Positions 1 to 12,710 of a stretch of 64,000 nt of DNA are shown here, in pieces. The stretch's first letter is position 1. Each line of letters begins with the position of its first letter. The notes under the pieces were generated by a model, which saw only the letters and a program-made list of their open reading frames with translations, made no database searches and was not told the DNA's origin. Source of the stretch: Amoebophrya sp. A120 (lineage: Eukaryota; Protista; Dinoflagellata); NCBI GenBank assembly GCA_905178155.1, contig CAJINV010000002.1, forward strand, positions 1,277,809-1,341,808. The letters are read 5' to 3'. Made by a program: the position numbers and the translations under genes.

Positions 1-276
1 TAATCTAGTATCGCCCCGCGAAGTCAGGGTTGATTCAGGATAGCTGTGTCAAGCTGACGGGAGAGAGCGGAAGATTGATTCATATAGTTAGAAGAATGGA
101 AAATTTATCATCTTCATGATGCGAGCCGTCTAGCACGAATCGGAATAAACAACAAGTTGAAATCCAAATCCGCCAATACAGCAGAAGATAAATAAAGCGA
201 CCATGGATCGCGGCGCTGCTTCTGTACCTTCCCCTTTCAATCATCCAGAGAAGCTCGCTTGAGCTTAGGGGGAAAT

Positions 277-1701
277 CTACAATAGTTCGGCGTTAATTTC
301 ACCAAGCTTTTTTTGCAGCGTATTCGCAATCCTGGCCTCCTCGGCTTCAGCTGTGGCGTGAATTGTGGCTTGCGCGGTTTGAAGATCTGCCTGAATCGTG
401 GCAAGCTCGGTCTTATCAAATGTAAAAGTGTCTGGGTCTGGAAGGTCGTTGGAGCTTGTGATGCTAACTCTGGACTCTAAAAAAATCTGTATTGCATGAT
501 GATCAGCAAGAAGAGCCTAGTTTGTGCAGCTAAGGGGGGAGGGCATTTGTCATGCGGATTGGGCATCAGGCAGCCCTGTAAAAATGAAAATCTGCGAAGA
601 TGCTAAGTCATGCATTGCAGACATCCTGGGCACACATGCAAAACAAGCATGATAAGCCTGGCAAAATTCCAGACCCAGACATTTTTGCATTTGATAGGTC
701 TCAAGCTCGGCGTCAATCTTGGCAATCTCCGTGCGTAGCGTACGGTCAATACTGGGAAGCTCCGCCCTCAGCCGAGTGTCGATCTCGGCAAGCTCGGCTC
801 GAAGTCCTTCATCCTCGCACGCTTCCGAGCTCGGTTTGACCGGGTTATCAACTGTAAAAATGTCTGGGTCTGGAAGAATGCAACTTGTCATGCTAAATCT
901 GAATCATGTAAAAATCTGTGTTGCATGATTACCAAAAGCTGTCCACTTTTGACCTAGTCGAGAGGCAGTTTCTCATGCAGGATAGGCATGATAGAACTCT
1001 CACAGAATCTGTCATGCTCTGTCCTACATGCCAGACCTCATTGGTCATGTAAAATCTGCATGACAAGTCTGGCATTCTTCCAGACCCAGACATTTTTACA
1101 GTTGATACGGGTTCCTCCCCAACAATTCCGCGATCGCATCGTTGCCCTGGGTTTGACACAGTTCCTCAGTCCACCTCATCAGCTTCCGATGCCGTTCCAC
1201 TGGAGTCGCGTTCATGATCTCGTCCCGCGCAGATACGCGTTGCTGCGCGGACTGCCTCTCCTTAGCGGCTCTTTTCTCGGCGTCATGTTTGTCCGAATCG
1301 GCTTGTTTCTTGGCGTCGCGCTTGTCCGAATCGGCTTGTTTCTTGGCGTCGCGCTCGGCCGACGCGGCTGTCTTCTCGGCATCACTCAGGCCTTTCTTCA
1401 AATCCTTCAGACGCTCTTGCTCGGCTGCCTTCGCTAATTTTTCGGCCTCCTTGACAGCATCCAAGCGTTCTTTTTCGGCCGCCTTCGCCGTTTTTTCGGC
1501 CTCCTTGACAGCATTCAAGCGTTCTTTTTCGGCCTCTCTCGCGGCCCTACTGGCCTGTCTCGCGGCTTCGCCACGATCGGCCGTGAACTGCAGTGCATGA
1601 ACCACGCCTGGCGCAGTTGCCGCGAGGGAACTAAACAGGACACTAATGCACGCCGCACCTGCGGTCAGAGACATTTTCATGGTCGTGGATCCGATTTTCA
1701 T
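277..1701 (-). CDS. Predicted secreted coiled-coil protein, ~289 aa, 3 exons (1701-1108, 840-697, 408-277)
   Basis: Hydrophobic N-terminus and AEKER-type coiled-coil repeats. Removing elements 846-1107 and 414-696 (+5 nt each) gives ...GRNP|VKPSSEAC...AELET|ELATIQ...INAELL*. Confidence 0.85.
414..696. mobile_element. TIR introner, family A (283 bp)
   Basis: TATCAAATGTAAAAGTGTCTGGGTCTGG...CCAGACCCAGACATTTTTGCATTTGATA; DR GGTCT/GGTCT. Confidence 0.95.
846..1107. mobile_element. TIR introner, family A (262 bp)
   Basis: TATCAACTG...CAGTTGATA; DR CGGGT/CGGGT. Confidence 0.95.
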
Positions 1702-1962
1702 CTTTTCCACTCGTTTTCAAACGAAACACAAATAAGTATGTTGCAATGTAAAATCAATATCAAAACACAAATAATAAATATAGAAAAATTCTTAGTTCTG
1801 CTTGGGAAAGTCGAAGTCGAAGTTTGTTTTTCTTTTTGTACACCAGCTGTAGTTCGCTAGAACTCTTTTAGTTCTTCGCTGTAAAAAAACTTTAAAAATC
1901 CACTTCTGTCGTCACGATGATGAAGGAAAATTCAGTTCCAGAAGATCCAGTTGCCAAAAAAC

Positions 1963-2247
1963 TATCCTATGTAAAAACGTCCCCACCCCATAGCTGTTAT
2001 GCAAATCTGCATGCCCAAAATGGTTCTCATGCGAAACCCCATGAAAAGCTTTTCCTGGTCGTGTTTTGGCATTTGTAGTGCTCCAATCAACACAATAAGC
2101 TAGACTTGTGATGCTACTGGACGACGTGAACAACATTGCACTACGTGGCCAAATTTGTCATGCGCGACAACCTAAGGTTGTTGATTTGTCTAGCAGATTT
2201 CCAACCTTGTTGACTATGGGGTGGGGGTGCTTTTCCTTCTCAGGATA
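1963..2247. mobile_element. TIR element, family C, non-coding location (285 bp)
   Basis: TATCCTATGTAAAAACGTCCCCACC...GGGGTGGGGGTGC..CAGGATA; DR AAAC. Absent from the paralogous region near 4360-4380. Confidence 0.85.
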
Positions 2248-3150
2248 AAAACCGAGTGCGATCTCCTTACTCCCATGCTAATCCAGATCCTCAACATTTG
2301 CAGCAGCATTATAAGATTTCAGCTGCTTTGATGTTCCTTGATGGTTGATCTCCCATTGCTCCTGCTGTCGTGGTGCCCTCACATCATCATGATCTACTGG
2401 TCGTTGTCTAGGAGCTAGACAACGACCAAGGAACAGGAGGCTGAGCGAAGACAGACACAGCCTGCATGCTGACCTGCGTGATGATCTTTTCTCGTGCAGC
2501 AGTAAGTAGTAGTACAAGTAGTAGTGATTCCCAGCATCAAGGGGAGAGAAGGGGGGAAGAACATCGGAGCATGTGTGTCGTCCCATCCTGAGGGAACTAC
2601 GGGCGTCTTGGACTAGCGCGGCAGCGGTAAAAATCTAAACTCCGTGCAGTTCCGGGTGGTAGCATGAAGATCTTCAATGCGTTTTTCGCTTCTAGTAGGG
2701 TTGTGTAGTTGATTCATTCTACTAAAGTTTTTCGATGCAGCGCAGGAGCAACGACAGCTACAAGCTCAGCTGTCGGTGGTGCGCAACATCGCGCATCCTG
2801 GTGCTCTCACCATGCAACGAGGAGCTTCAGCAATTTTTGTTCCACCTTTTTCTTTGAATCTTCAGAAGCCTTCATCCTCCTTTATCTTTTGGTCGTGGAG
2901 TACAAAAAATAACCGCCAACAGTATAAACAGTTTATTTCAGGCCAAAAATGGAGAAGATTATATCAGCAGAGCTATTAACTCGCAACGGCGGCGAGCAGA
3001 GAGATGACTGCTTAAAACTTGATGCACATTGTAACTCTAATCTTTGATGTACTAGAGGTTGGTTGCTTGGCTATAATAAATTTGTCAAGCCCTCTTCAGG
3101 TACTCTTTGTCTATCGCGTAGAAAGGAGCACTGAAGAATGGGCGGGACGA

Positions 3151-3270
3151 TATGGATTGCAAATATCAATATGTCTGGGTCTGGAAGGTTGCAAGCCTTG
3201 TCATGCAGGTTTTCCATGACCTCCTCTGGCATACAGAACCTAGCATGACAGATTTCTCGTCTCTCCTCTG
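3151..3270. mobile_element. Truncated family A element (left end only)
   Basis: TATGGATTGCAAATATCAATATGTCTGGGTCTGGAAG with GCATGAC motifs; no right TIR. Confidence 0.7.
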
Positions 3271-3272
3271 GC

Positions 3273-4104
3273 CTAGGAAGGACTACCAAGTCCTTCCTCG
3301 CACGCTTCCGAGCTCGGTTTGAGCGGGTTATGGATTGCAAAAATGTCTGGGTCTGGAAACTTGTAATGCTAAAAGTGAATGATAGACGCAGTGCAATACG
3401 CAGCTATGCATGACAAATTTTTTGGCTGCCATGTCTTACGTATTCCGCATGGCAAACTGCGTTTTTGCATGACAGGTGAGAGGGCCTTTTCGTGCCTATG
3501 CAACACAGATTCTCGAGTCATGCCAGACAAGCATGACAAACTTGCATTCTTCCAGACCCAGACATTTTTACATTTGATACGGGTTCCTCGCCAAGAATTC
3601 CGCGATCGCATCGTTGCCCTGGGTTTGACACAGTTCCTCAGTCCACCTCATCAGCTTCCGATGCCGTTCCACTGCAGTCGCTGTCGCGTTCGTCTCGTCC
3701 CGCTCAGATAGTACGCGTTGCTGCGCGGACTGCCTCTCCTCAGCGGCTCTTTTCTCGGCGTCATGTTTGTCCGACTTGGCTTTCTGCTCGGCCTCGTGCT
3801 TGTCCGACGTGGCATTTTGCTCGGCGTCGCGCTTTTTCGACGTGGCTGTCTTCTCGGCATCATTCAGGCCTTCCTTTAACTCCTTCAGACGCTCCTCCTC
3901 GGCCTCTCTCGCGGCTCTACGGGCCTCCTTCGCGGCTTCATGGGCCTCTCTCGCAGCTTCGCCACGATCGGCCGTCAACTGCACCGCATGAACCACAACG
4001 CCCGGCGCAGGAGTTGCCGCGAGAGAACTAAACAGGAAACTAATGCACGCCGGAGCTGCGGCCAGAGACATTTTCAACATGGTCGTGGTGGATCCGATTT
4101 TCAT
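3273..4104 (-). CDS. Paralog of the 277-1701 gene, C-terminally truncated (~191 aa); possible pseudogene
   Basis: Shares the signal peptide and ERHRKLMRWTEELCQTQGNDAIAE. After excising 3329-3579: RNP|LKPSSEACEEGLGSPS*, ending against a truncated element. Confidence 0.7.
3329..3579. mobile_element. TIR introner, family A, different subfamily from 846-1107 (251 bp)
   Basis: TATGGATTGCAAAAATGTCTGGG...CATTTGATA; DR CGGGT/CGGGT. Confidence 0.95.
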
Positions 4105-4690
4105 CTTATTTTCCGCCGGTTTTCAAAAACAGTAACAGATATGTTGCAATGCCAATGTAATAAAATCAAAACACCAATAAAAATATAGAAAACTTTCTTA
4201 GTTCTGCTTGGGAAAGTCGAAGTCGGAGTTTGTTCTTCTTTTTGATGTTCTCCAGCTGTAGTTACTCGCTAGAACTCTTTTGGTTCTTCGCTGTTGTAAA
4301 ACTTTAAAAATCCATGGAGGAAAATATAAAGAATTCAGCTCCAGAAGATCCAGTTCTTGCCGAAAATAAACCGATTGCGATCTACTTACTTCCATGCTGA
4401 TCCTCCAGATCCTCATTTGCAGCAGCATGTAAGACAAAAGATCAAGATTTTTGCTTTGACGCTCCTCGATTGTTTGAATTTGAATTTGTTGGTCTCCCCT
4501 TGGCATTGCTCCTGTCGTGGTGCCCTCACAAGATCGTGATCGTGCCTCGGTTTACTTTCCGAAACCGAATCCGAGTCTCACGTAAAATATAAAATTGGTG
4601 ATGATGTTAAATCTAGACCGAAAGTACATCCACATACGAAGAACAAGAACGACGAAAGAGAGAGAGATGGGGGGAAAATAAAAAATCAAC

Positions 4691-4940
4691 CGGGTGCTCG
4701 CTTCTTTAGGCGAGCGAGTGACTGTTGTACGTGCTAATTGAGTTCCTGAGAGTAAGTGGCAGGCAAGCTGTGTTTCAACAATTTGCCACCAGAACTTGAC
4801 TAAAAAACACCCGTTTTGATGTCGAACAGCCAAGACTGGGGAGTTGCCTCGGAAAAATTGCACCGGGATGCTCTTAGTCCTTGGCTTCAGGCGGGACTTG
4901 CACTACCTCCTCATCCGTGCTAGTCCTACCAACCTCCGCG
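4691..4940 (+). repeat. Dispersed intergenic repeat, second copy at ~34176-34420
   Basis: Shared CGGGTGCTCG..TTTAGGCGAGCGA...GGGAGTTGCC...ACTACCTCCTCATCCGT...CAACCTCCGC. Confidence 0.7.
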
Positions 4941-6140
4941 CAGCCACGAGGTCCAAAACAAGCCGCCTCTGCTTGCCCTTCCTCGTGTCCAACAGGCTCC
5001 TCAAAGCTGGCAGGTCCTAAGAGAGCCTCCTCTGCTCTCCCTTCCTGTCAACACCGCCGCAGCCGAGGCTTTAGCGATGGCACGCAAACGCCACCGGGAA
5101 ACACTGGAAAACACGAAGTTACACCCAGCATCGCCCAGTTGCCTTGCCCCTAAACCCTTTACCCTACCCTGAAACCCTTGCCCCCCCCCGACCGAGATTT
5201 TTAATAAAAAAAAACCCAAAAGCTATTGACCCTTTTTCCCTGCTCTCCCCCCCCAAATGATTTCCCTTAGCCGGCTCCAGAGCACAGAGCGGTTAGGGCA
5301 GAGATTGTTGTGATTCTGTAGGAGGAAAAGCGCTAATCTAATCTACTTGCGTCTGTCGAATATCTTTATCTTAGATGCTGACGAAGTGCATCTCTCAGCG
5401 ATAAAGTTGAAGGTTTTGAAGCATGCAAATGGCCTTTTTTGCATCTCTCAGCGATAAAGAAAAACTATAGCTTTTCTATCTCTCAAGCGAAAGCAAAGAT
5501 TTATATCGTGCTACTACGCTTGCGCGGTTCACACGACAGAATTCTTGCTTGCGCGGAACACAAGGCAAAAATCAATTCGGGCTTTCAAAATTCAAAAAAC
5601 AAGCAAGAAATCAAACCACGGAAAATAAAAAATCAAAAAGTAGCGGATCTTCCTTGTCACACTCAAACACGCCGCGAACTCTACCTTAGCGTTCTGACTT
5701 CTAGCAGGCGGTGGTGTATCCACCCTTCACGACCATGCGACGTTGAGCTCCGGCGGCTTATTAAGCTTATTTTGCTCTACCTTATTTGTCTTTGAATCTT
5801 CAGCAGCCTTCCTCCTTTTGGTCCTCGTGGAGTACAAAAAATAACCGTCAACAGTAACTGTTCACTTCAGGCCAAAAATAAATGGTGAAGATTATGTCAC
5901 CAGAGCTACTAACTCGCATCGGACTCCTTTGAAATTTGCATAACTGTAATTATTTTTGATTTTGTACGTAGTCGGTTGCTTGGTTATAATAACGTTGTAG
6001 TCAACCCCTCAATTACTCTTTGTCTATCGCGTAGTAGAAAGGAGCACTGTAGAGTGAGCAGGACTCGACGTAACCATACAACAACTTCAGGCGGCTGGCT
6101 GGAGCAGCAGCCCGCCGCTGCAGTAACTCAAAGTCCTCAA

Positions 6141-6911
6141 TTATGGGGTTGGCCGACCACGGTGCACCGGCTGTACATGTTGACGAGAAGCAGAGGCCCG
6201 ACGACGCTCGCCCGGTTGTAGTAGCTCACGACCGAAACCTCCAACGGGCGGAGGCTGTTCGGGGATGCCGAGTATATCCCGCAGCTCCCGGCTTGCCCTC
6301 GCGTTCCTCGCCTGCTCTTCCTCACCGCGTCCCTCGTTATAACGCAGCTGGTTGGTAGTTGGTCCCGGTGCCGTCCTCACGGCTCCAGTATTCTGTGGTG
6401 CCGGTGCCGCACGATCGCCATGGTTGTGGAGGTACTGGGCGCGGTGTTGATGCTGGCGTCTTTCCGGTTGTACCACAGGGGCGGCCCCTTGCTGTTCTCC
6501 TCGTCCCGGTGGTTCTTGCGCATCATCTACAACAACAGCGCCTGCCTCTCCCCCGTAGTTTTCACCTACTTCATCCACACGAGCCGCAGTAGCAGCCATG
6601 CGCCCCTGCTCCTGCAGCTCCTGCAAATGCCGTTGCGCTTGTGTTTGCAATGCCCCAACATTGTTGGCGACTACGGTTCCACCTCCAGAGCCCAACCCGA
6701 GACGGCCGCTTCTGGGTCCTTCTTCCAAAACGCGAGGAAGTCTATCTCCTTCCAATATCGCTTCTGGGCTGACGCGGGTCAGACTCAGCTTTAGCGCGTG
6801 AACCGCGAATGTGGTGTTCGGTGTGCTGGGAAAAATACTGTAAAAATTGTCAGGCACAAGGGCTGCGAAGAGAAGCTTGAATCCAAGCAGGACGAGGCGT
6901 TGCTGTATCAT
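6141..6911 (-). CDS. Predicted secreted low-complexity protein (QQRLVL family), ~256 aa, intronless
   Basis: MIQQRLVLLGFKLLFAALVP signal-like N-terminus and HALKLSLTRVSP motif shared with the 8893 and 12711 genes; ATG at 6911. Confidence 0.75.
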   Translation of the reverse strand: MIQQRLVLLGFKLLFAALVPDNFYSIFPSTPNTTFAVHALKLSLTRVSPEAILEGDRLPRVLEEGPRSGRLGLGSGGGTVVANNVGALQTQAQRHLQELQEQGRMAATAARVDEVGENYGGEAGAVVVDDAQEPPGRGEQQGAAPVVQPERRQHQHRAQYLHNHGDRAAPAPQNTGAVRTAPGPTTNQLRYNEGRGEEEQARNARASRELRDILGIPEQPPPVGGFGRELLQPGERRRASASRQHVQPVHRGRPTP

Positions 6912-8892
6912 TTTCAATGTTTATGTTAGTTTAAAGATTTTGAGTTTGACAAGGACAAAGAACTTCTATAGGGCGTTGGGTTGTGAAGTAAAAATATGCG
7001 AGAGCGAGAATTGAAAAATAATACTAGTAGCAGGCGTACGAGTACGTGGGGAAGTGTACTAGAAGAAGAGTTTCGCTTCAAAATGTAGGTCGTGAAATCA
7101 AGAAAGTTCGCTTCGTAACCGATAGTCAAAGCACTGGAAATAAAGCTCGAGAAGATGAAGAAGGCGACCAGTAGTAAATCAAAATGAAAATACAGTTGTG
7201 CTGCTTAGTCTCCATAAAGCTGCTTCTAGTTCTAACGAGGCGACAATTTTCTTTCGGTTATCACATGAAGCCGGACACGAGATTTAGATTTTTCACCGAG
7301 CTTGTTATTGATCATGATCTTTGCTTCCGCATAACTACAAAAATGTCTTCACGACCGAACGCATGTGCGGCGAGCCGCGATTCTTATTCTTATGGGTGAC
7401 CGAAATTTTCATTTACTGATACCAGGTTTTACGACCAAGTTTACCTCGGGTTGATCGACAGGCTTGCGCCTGACAGATCCTCGTCAATTCCAATTGCTTC
7501 AGAGAAACATCGAGTCTTGTGAACCGACCTTTTTTCGCGATCTTCACGACCGAAAATGCAGGATCGCATTTATTTCTCGAATTCACAGCGGTCGGAGTGC
7601 TACAACTACAGGTCGTGCTCTCAATGAATCTTTTCATTCGCATCCAGACGTGACGCGATGATCGTCCTGATCTTGATTTGCGACGTTGTCCACCAGCTCT
7701 AGATATCCACGCCTTACTACACGCGAGCTGTAGTATCTATACGAATACCAGACGTCTAGCTGCTTTGATGTTCCTTGATTCTTGTTGATGATCTCCCATT
7801 GCTCCTGTCGTGGCGCCCTCACATCATCATGATCGTGGCTCGATTTACTTTCCGTAAATTTTTTCGAAATGGAGACACGACTTGAACACGAGTTCATTGA
7901 AGGCCGCAATTAGGTCTAGGTGCGTGTTCCCAGTGCTTTTATTTTCTTTCCCAAAACTAATACGAAGCAACTCTCCAAACAAATCCAACATACTTAATCC
8001 CCCATGGGTAATGCTAGTTTACCCTTTTCATTTCCCGAATAAGCTAACCCGATGATGCGACTTGTAATGCTCCCTATACGATTGCGATTCAGGGAGGTCC
8101 TTGGCGATTCGATTGAAAGTGCGCAAATTTGTTTGTTTGTACGAATGGAAGCGCGGACTTCCACTCGAAGGTTTTGCCTTCTGCTCACGTTCTAGCTCTG
8201 CTCAACACAAACACGAGCGGTTGAGTGACTTTGCACCGAAGCCTGATGGAAAACAAAAAAGGAGGGACGATAAGAGTTAATCAAAAGTGGACTGCTTTTG
8301 GAAAAGTTGCTCGCTACAAAGACAACTGCGAAAAGAGATACTAGAAAAAAAAGACAAATTTGTTGTTGAGGAGTTTTGAACTTGTTGTCGAAAACAAAGC
8401 GAGAGTCTGTTAGTTAATTGATGAGAGGGGAATGGATGTCCTGAGGGGCATCCGGGGTGATGTTTGATCAATGCGCCAAGAAGCAGCAACACCACATCCG
8501 TTCATGTGCCCCTCTCGGCTAGTATCTTGTTGAAGGCTTTCCTTTTATTTTTCTAGCCAATGATCGGGCACGATTCTAACGCAGGTAACCGCGCTAAGAA
8601 ACTGCAGTCGATTCTATCTTTTCTCCTCTTCGCCTCCTATTCGAAAACTCATTCGAAAACTTCATTCGAAAATACTTTTTAGTTATCCAAAACCATGAAA
8701 AACCGTACACGAAGATCAAAAAACCCATCTAAAATCATACACGATTTAATACCGATGAAAGAGCATGCTGAACCATTAAGAATCATGTACACATGCTCCG
8801 GTGGTCGCACACCACCACATCCATATAGGCGCCTCCAATCTGCTCTCTCCGTCGTTCAGGAGGCTGCGCTGCGGAGCAGTATCTGGCCCTTG

Positions 8893-9396
8893 TTAAGAAA
8901 AGGATGGATGGCCCAGCAGGTGATTCGGACGAAACGTACCGAGCGCAGGTGCTTGACCGCCATCAGCATTCGCTTGCCCAGCACCAGGATTCGCTTGCCC
9001 AACAGGAGCCGGGTTCGCTTGATGCCCAATCGCCCCATCATTTGCTGCCTGATTGGCTTGGCCAACCCCCCCGGGAGCCGGATCATTGTTCGCTGCGCCA
9101 CCACCTCGTCCAGCTGCGGCTGCGGCAGCCATGCGCGCGTCCCTCATCTGCTCTCGCACAGCCCAGACGTTGTTGGCAACTACGGTCGCACCGTTGTTAG
9201 TGGTTCCCCGATTGTACGAGTCGTCGCGGCCCAAGAAGTCAGGATCTCCGGCGCCTGGACTGACACGGGTGAGGCTCAACTTTAGCCCGTGAACGCCGGT
9301 TAATGTGGTTCTCGTCGTCGTGGGATAAATAGGCACCAGAGCTGCGAAGAAAAACTTCGCCGCAAGAAGGACGAGGCGTTGTTGCATCATCTTCAT
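8893..9396 (-). CDS. Predicted secreted protein (QQRLVL family), ~167 aa
   Basis: MKMMQQRLVLLAAKFFFAALVP...HGLKLSLTRVSP; GQANP repeats. Confidence 0.7.
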   Translation of the reverse strand: MKMMQQRLVLLAAKFFFAALVPIYPTTTRTTLTGVHGLKLSLTRVSPGAGDPDFLGRDDSYNRGTTNNGATVVANNVWAVREQMRDARMAAAAAAGRGGGAANNDPAPGGVGQANQAANDGAIGHQANPAPVGQANPGAGQANADGGQAPALGTFRPNHLLGHPSFS

Positions 9397-9916
9397 TTTT
9401 GCAGGGGTCTGGATTCTGAGGGTGAGCAGTGTCACAGAACCGAAATCGAGTGACAATATTTAGACAGAAGTTTACAACAAGCAGGATAAGCGATTTATTG
9501 CACAGGACAGGAAATTAAAGTAGGTATAAATGTGTAAGGACTTCGCCACCTCGAGGCTATTTGAGAAATCAGAAGACAGCACGTTACCTGGATGGTCTTA
9601 CCAACCCGAAGCAAAAAGAAAAAGCCACTGTAAATATAGATAGCCCTTCTTACTCGGTTGTAGTACGTTCATCAGAAGAAGCGGCTTATGAGGCGACATG
9701 TGTCGCTCAAGCAACCGAACTGCTATGCTGATCTCCAATCTGCATTTCCACACAAAAATATTTTACTGACCGACTCCGTTAGATGTAGATCGCGCTTTTT
9801 CAATGCGTAGAGACAGAGGCTCGAGGATCATTTTTCTTTGAGCTGATTTTCATTCAGCACCACATTTCCACTGATCGTTCTGGTGCTTGTTCTCGTAATG
9901 GAATTAATAAACCGAT

Positions 9917-10040
9917 TCCTGCAAAAGTATCGTACTCGTAGGATTGCAATACAAATTAGTTCAGCATGACAAATGGAATCTCTCATGCTGATTTAGCTTG
10001 AAAAAGAAATCTGTGTTGCATGACTGCGATTAGTACGAGT
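9917..10040. mobile_element. Eroded family B element, intergenic
   Basis: TGCAAAAGTATCGTACTCGTA...TAGTACGAG; outer termini lost. Confidence 0.7.
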
Positions 10041-10859
10041 GTGGATTCGTTCTACTAAAGTTTTTCGATGCAGCGCGGGAGCAACGACAGCTTCGAGATC
10101 AGCTGTCAAGAAGCGCAACATCGCGCATCCTGCCCTCTAGCGGATGCAACTGCTGCCTCATGATTCATTCACTCTTTCATTTGTGTACTATGGGGATTTG
10201 ATTTGAATTTGATTTGAAGATGGTGCAATGACGGTCGCGCAAGTTCATCTTCATCCACACTTCTGATGGCGCAGCGCAAGCACTGCCGCCAGTTCCGCAC
10301 TTCTGATGGTGCGCGTCTGGTGTTGTAGCCATCGTACGTACTGACTTCCGCACTTCTGATGGACATCGTCGTCATCGTGAGGTGTTATATCAAACGGGCT
10401 CGGGGCCTAATTCCATTTCAAACCAACTTCAAACTCATTTCAAACATTTTCGAAATTGCGCTTTTTAGATAAGAGTGAGCGGCCTGCTTGGGCTCTCCGA
10501 AGCCCTCACCGACGGCGCCAAAGGGGCCCGCTTTGGAACGCAGGAGAGCCCAATCTTCAGCCAGCAAACAATTATCCTGCCACACAATTATAGAGTCCTC
10601 CCTAGGCTAAATTGGAACGACATACCGCCACGAATGTCCCCAGTCAAAGAACCCGAATTCCAGTGCCTGCGCCCCCCGCGGCCCTGCGTAAGAAATACAT
10701 AATTCCCCAAAATAGAAACTTCTGCCACCCCTCTTGCATGCCGGATCATTTTTCTTTGAGCTGATTTTCATTCAGCACCACATTTCCACTGATCGTTCTG
10801 GTGCTTCTTCTCATGGACTCAATATAACCTAAAGGAAGGCCCCTAAAAGTGTAATGACG

Positions 10860-11350
10860 CTTTTGTGTGCAGTCCAGATCTAGTTCATGCAGAAACAAGA
10901 CAGATGCGTGACAGGTCTGGGACTCTTCCAGACCGAAGCATATTTGCACTGGATACCGTGCCGCGACCCCACCACCCATCATTGCTTTCTCGAACGAATC
11001 TTCCCGGCTGGGCGAGCTGCGTCGGAGTGGGGAATCTCCATCATGATCATCTAAAAAGCCGGAATCAACGCCATGGTCCTACTGCTGCGCCCCGCCGCTT
11101 GCTGTGGTGCTGGGGATGGTTGGTCCTCGAGGAAGTTTATCTGCTTCGGTGCCATCTGTTTGCGCTCACGCTTCTGCTGATCTTCCGCGCGATCCGTCAT
11201 ATGCACTGCAAAGATGTCTGGGTCTCCTGGAAAGATTGGAACTCTGTCATGCACATTTCGCCTGGGCCATGGAGATGATGTCTGCCCCTGCGCTGCAAAT
11301 CTTTATCGCCCAAGGCCCATCCTGCATGACAAATGCCCTCTCCATGAGTC
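10860..11350 (-). pseudogene. Captured exon-like fragment flanked by two half-introners
   Basis: Right TIR ends ...TTTGCACTGGATA at ~10955; left TIR starts TATGCACTGCAAAG at 11200. The sequence between reads as interrupted protein on the minus strand. Confidence 0.5.
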
Positions 11351-11384
11351 AAGAAGTGGACTACTTCAGCTGCTCCTGCAATTA

Positions 11385-11500
11385 CAGAGAGACAGGGAGA
11401 GAGAGATGCAGAGAGACAGGGAGAGAGAGATGCAGAGAAAGAGAGAGAGAGAGATGCAGAAAAAGAGAGAGAGAGAGAGAGATACAGAGAGATACAGAGA
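11385..11500 (+). repeat. GA-rich minisatellite
   Basis: Tandem CAGAGAGACAGGGAGAGAGAGATG-like units. Confidence 0.9.
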
Positions 11501-12710
11501 AGAGGCCCCGAAAAGGTCTTCTCGGGAAATTTGTTACCGGAAAATCTGGAAGCCATCCCCGACAGGAAGCACAGCAGCTACCCAACCACGACCCCTACGC
11601 CAGCTGGCGTCAGAGTACACAATCACCGAGGGCAAATCGACAGAGCGGAACATCACCGGCGGTAGGCATGTCAAGCATTCTTTCATGAAACCCAGGGCGA
11701 AAACAGCGGACTTCGTCAGCGCAAGCTCCACGGACCGGTGGGGATGCGCCGCCCGCCGGAAGAGAACCTTCAATAACCCATTCACCCGCCGCCCAACAGT
11801 TAAGGAAAGGGGGAAAAGAAACCGCCCCAGCCAGACTTGAAGCACCACATTTCCACTGATCGTTCTGGTGCTTCTCGTGATTGACTTAATAAAACCGATT
11901 CCTACTTTTAACTTTTCACGAACGAAAAATATATTTTTATTTACAGAACCACGTTTGCAAAATGATCAGTCTGCAGCTGCGGCTCGCGGTGATATCCTTT
12001 TCACTGTTCCACCGTGGCCACACATCAACTCAGATCGTCTGTCTCTACCTTCGTGTTGAAGGCTTTTGGTTGAATTTCACAGGGTTTTTGATTCAATTTC
12101 ACATTGTCCATACCTACACAGGGCTTTGGAATGAATCTCCCACGGTATCCGTTCTCAAACGACGAAATAAACAACGAGCAAATGAACAGGAGGCTGAGTG
12201 AAGACAGACACAGCCTGCATGCTGATCTTTCCTACCTTCAGATCGAGATACTGCCGCTTTCTTCCAAGCACTCAAATAAGTACTTCTGCTTGAGCGATCA
12301 ATAACAGCGCAAATCATACATGTAGAGCAACCGTGTCTCTTTTTCAACTGTGTGTTTCTTTTTCGGTGCGATCACCAACAGCGGCCTCATGCTCTTCTCC
12401 TTCAGAGAGATTTCTTTTCGCGATGGAGTCGAGGAACTATTTCTGTTTCTGGTGGTCAGCATTTGCATTAGGAATACTAGTGTAAAATAATGAATAATAT
12501 AACGGTAGACTAGTGGAGTGTTGACCTTTTTAATTAAAATACTCAGCCCGCAGGGGCTGTACGTACGCGTTTGTACAATATTGTACTGTACAAACGCGTA
12601 CGTACAGCCCCTGCGGGTTCGAGTTGTGTGATTTCAATTTCTCTACTCGTCTGCAAGAGGTTCTTGGGGCACCTACTTGATTTTCTCTCGTTCGCATGAT
12701 TGTCCACTTC

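Noticed and set aside
5148-5190. CCCTAAA-like interstitial telomeric repeat
   Set aside because: Only one exact unit within a C-rich tract.
10254-10365. Three spaced copies of CACTTCTGATGG
   Set aside because: A short local repeat with irregular spacing; no further structure supports a function.
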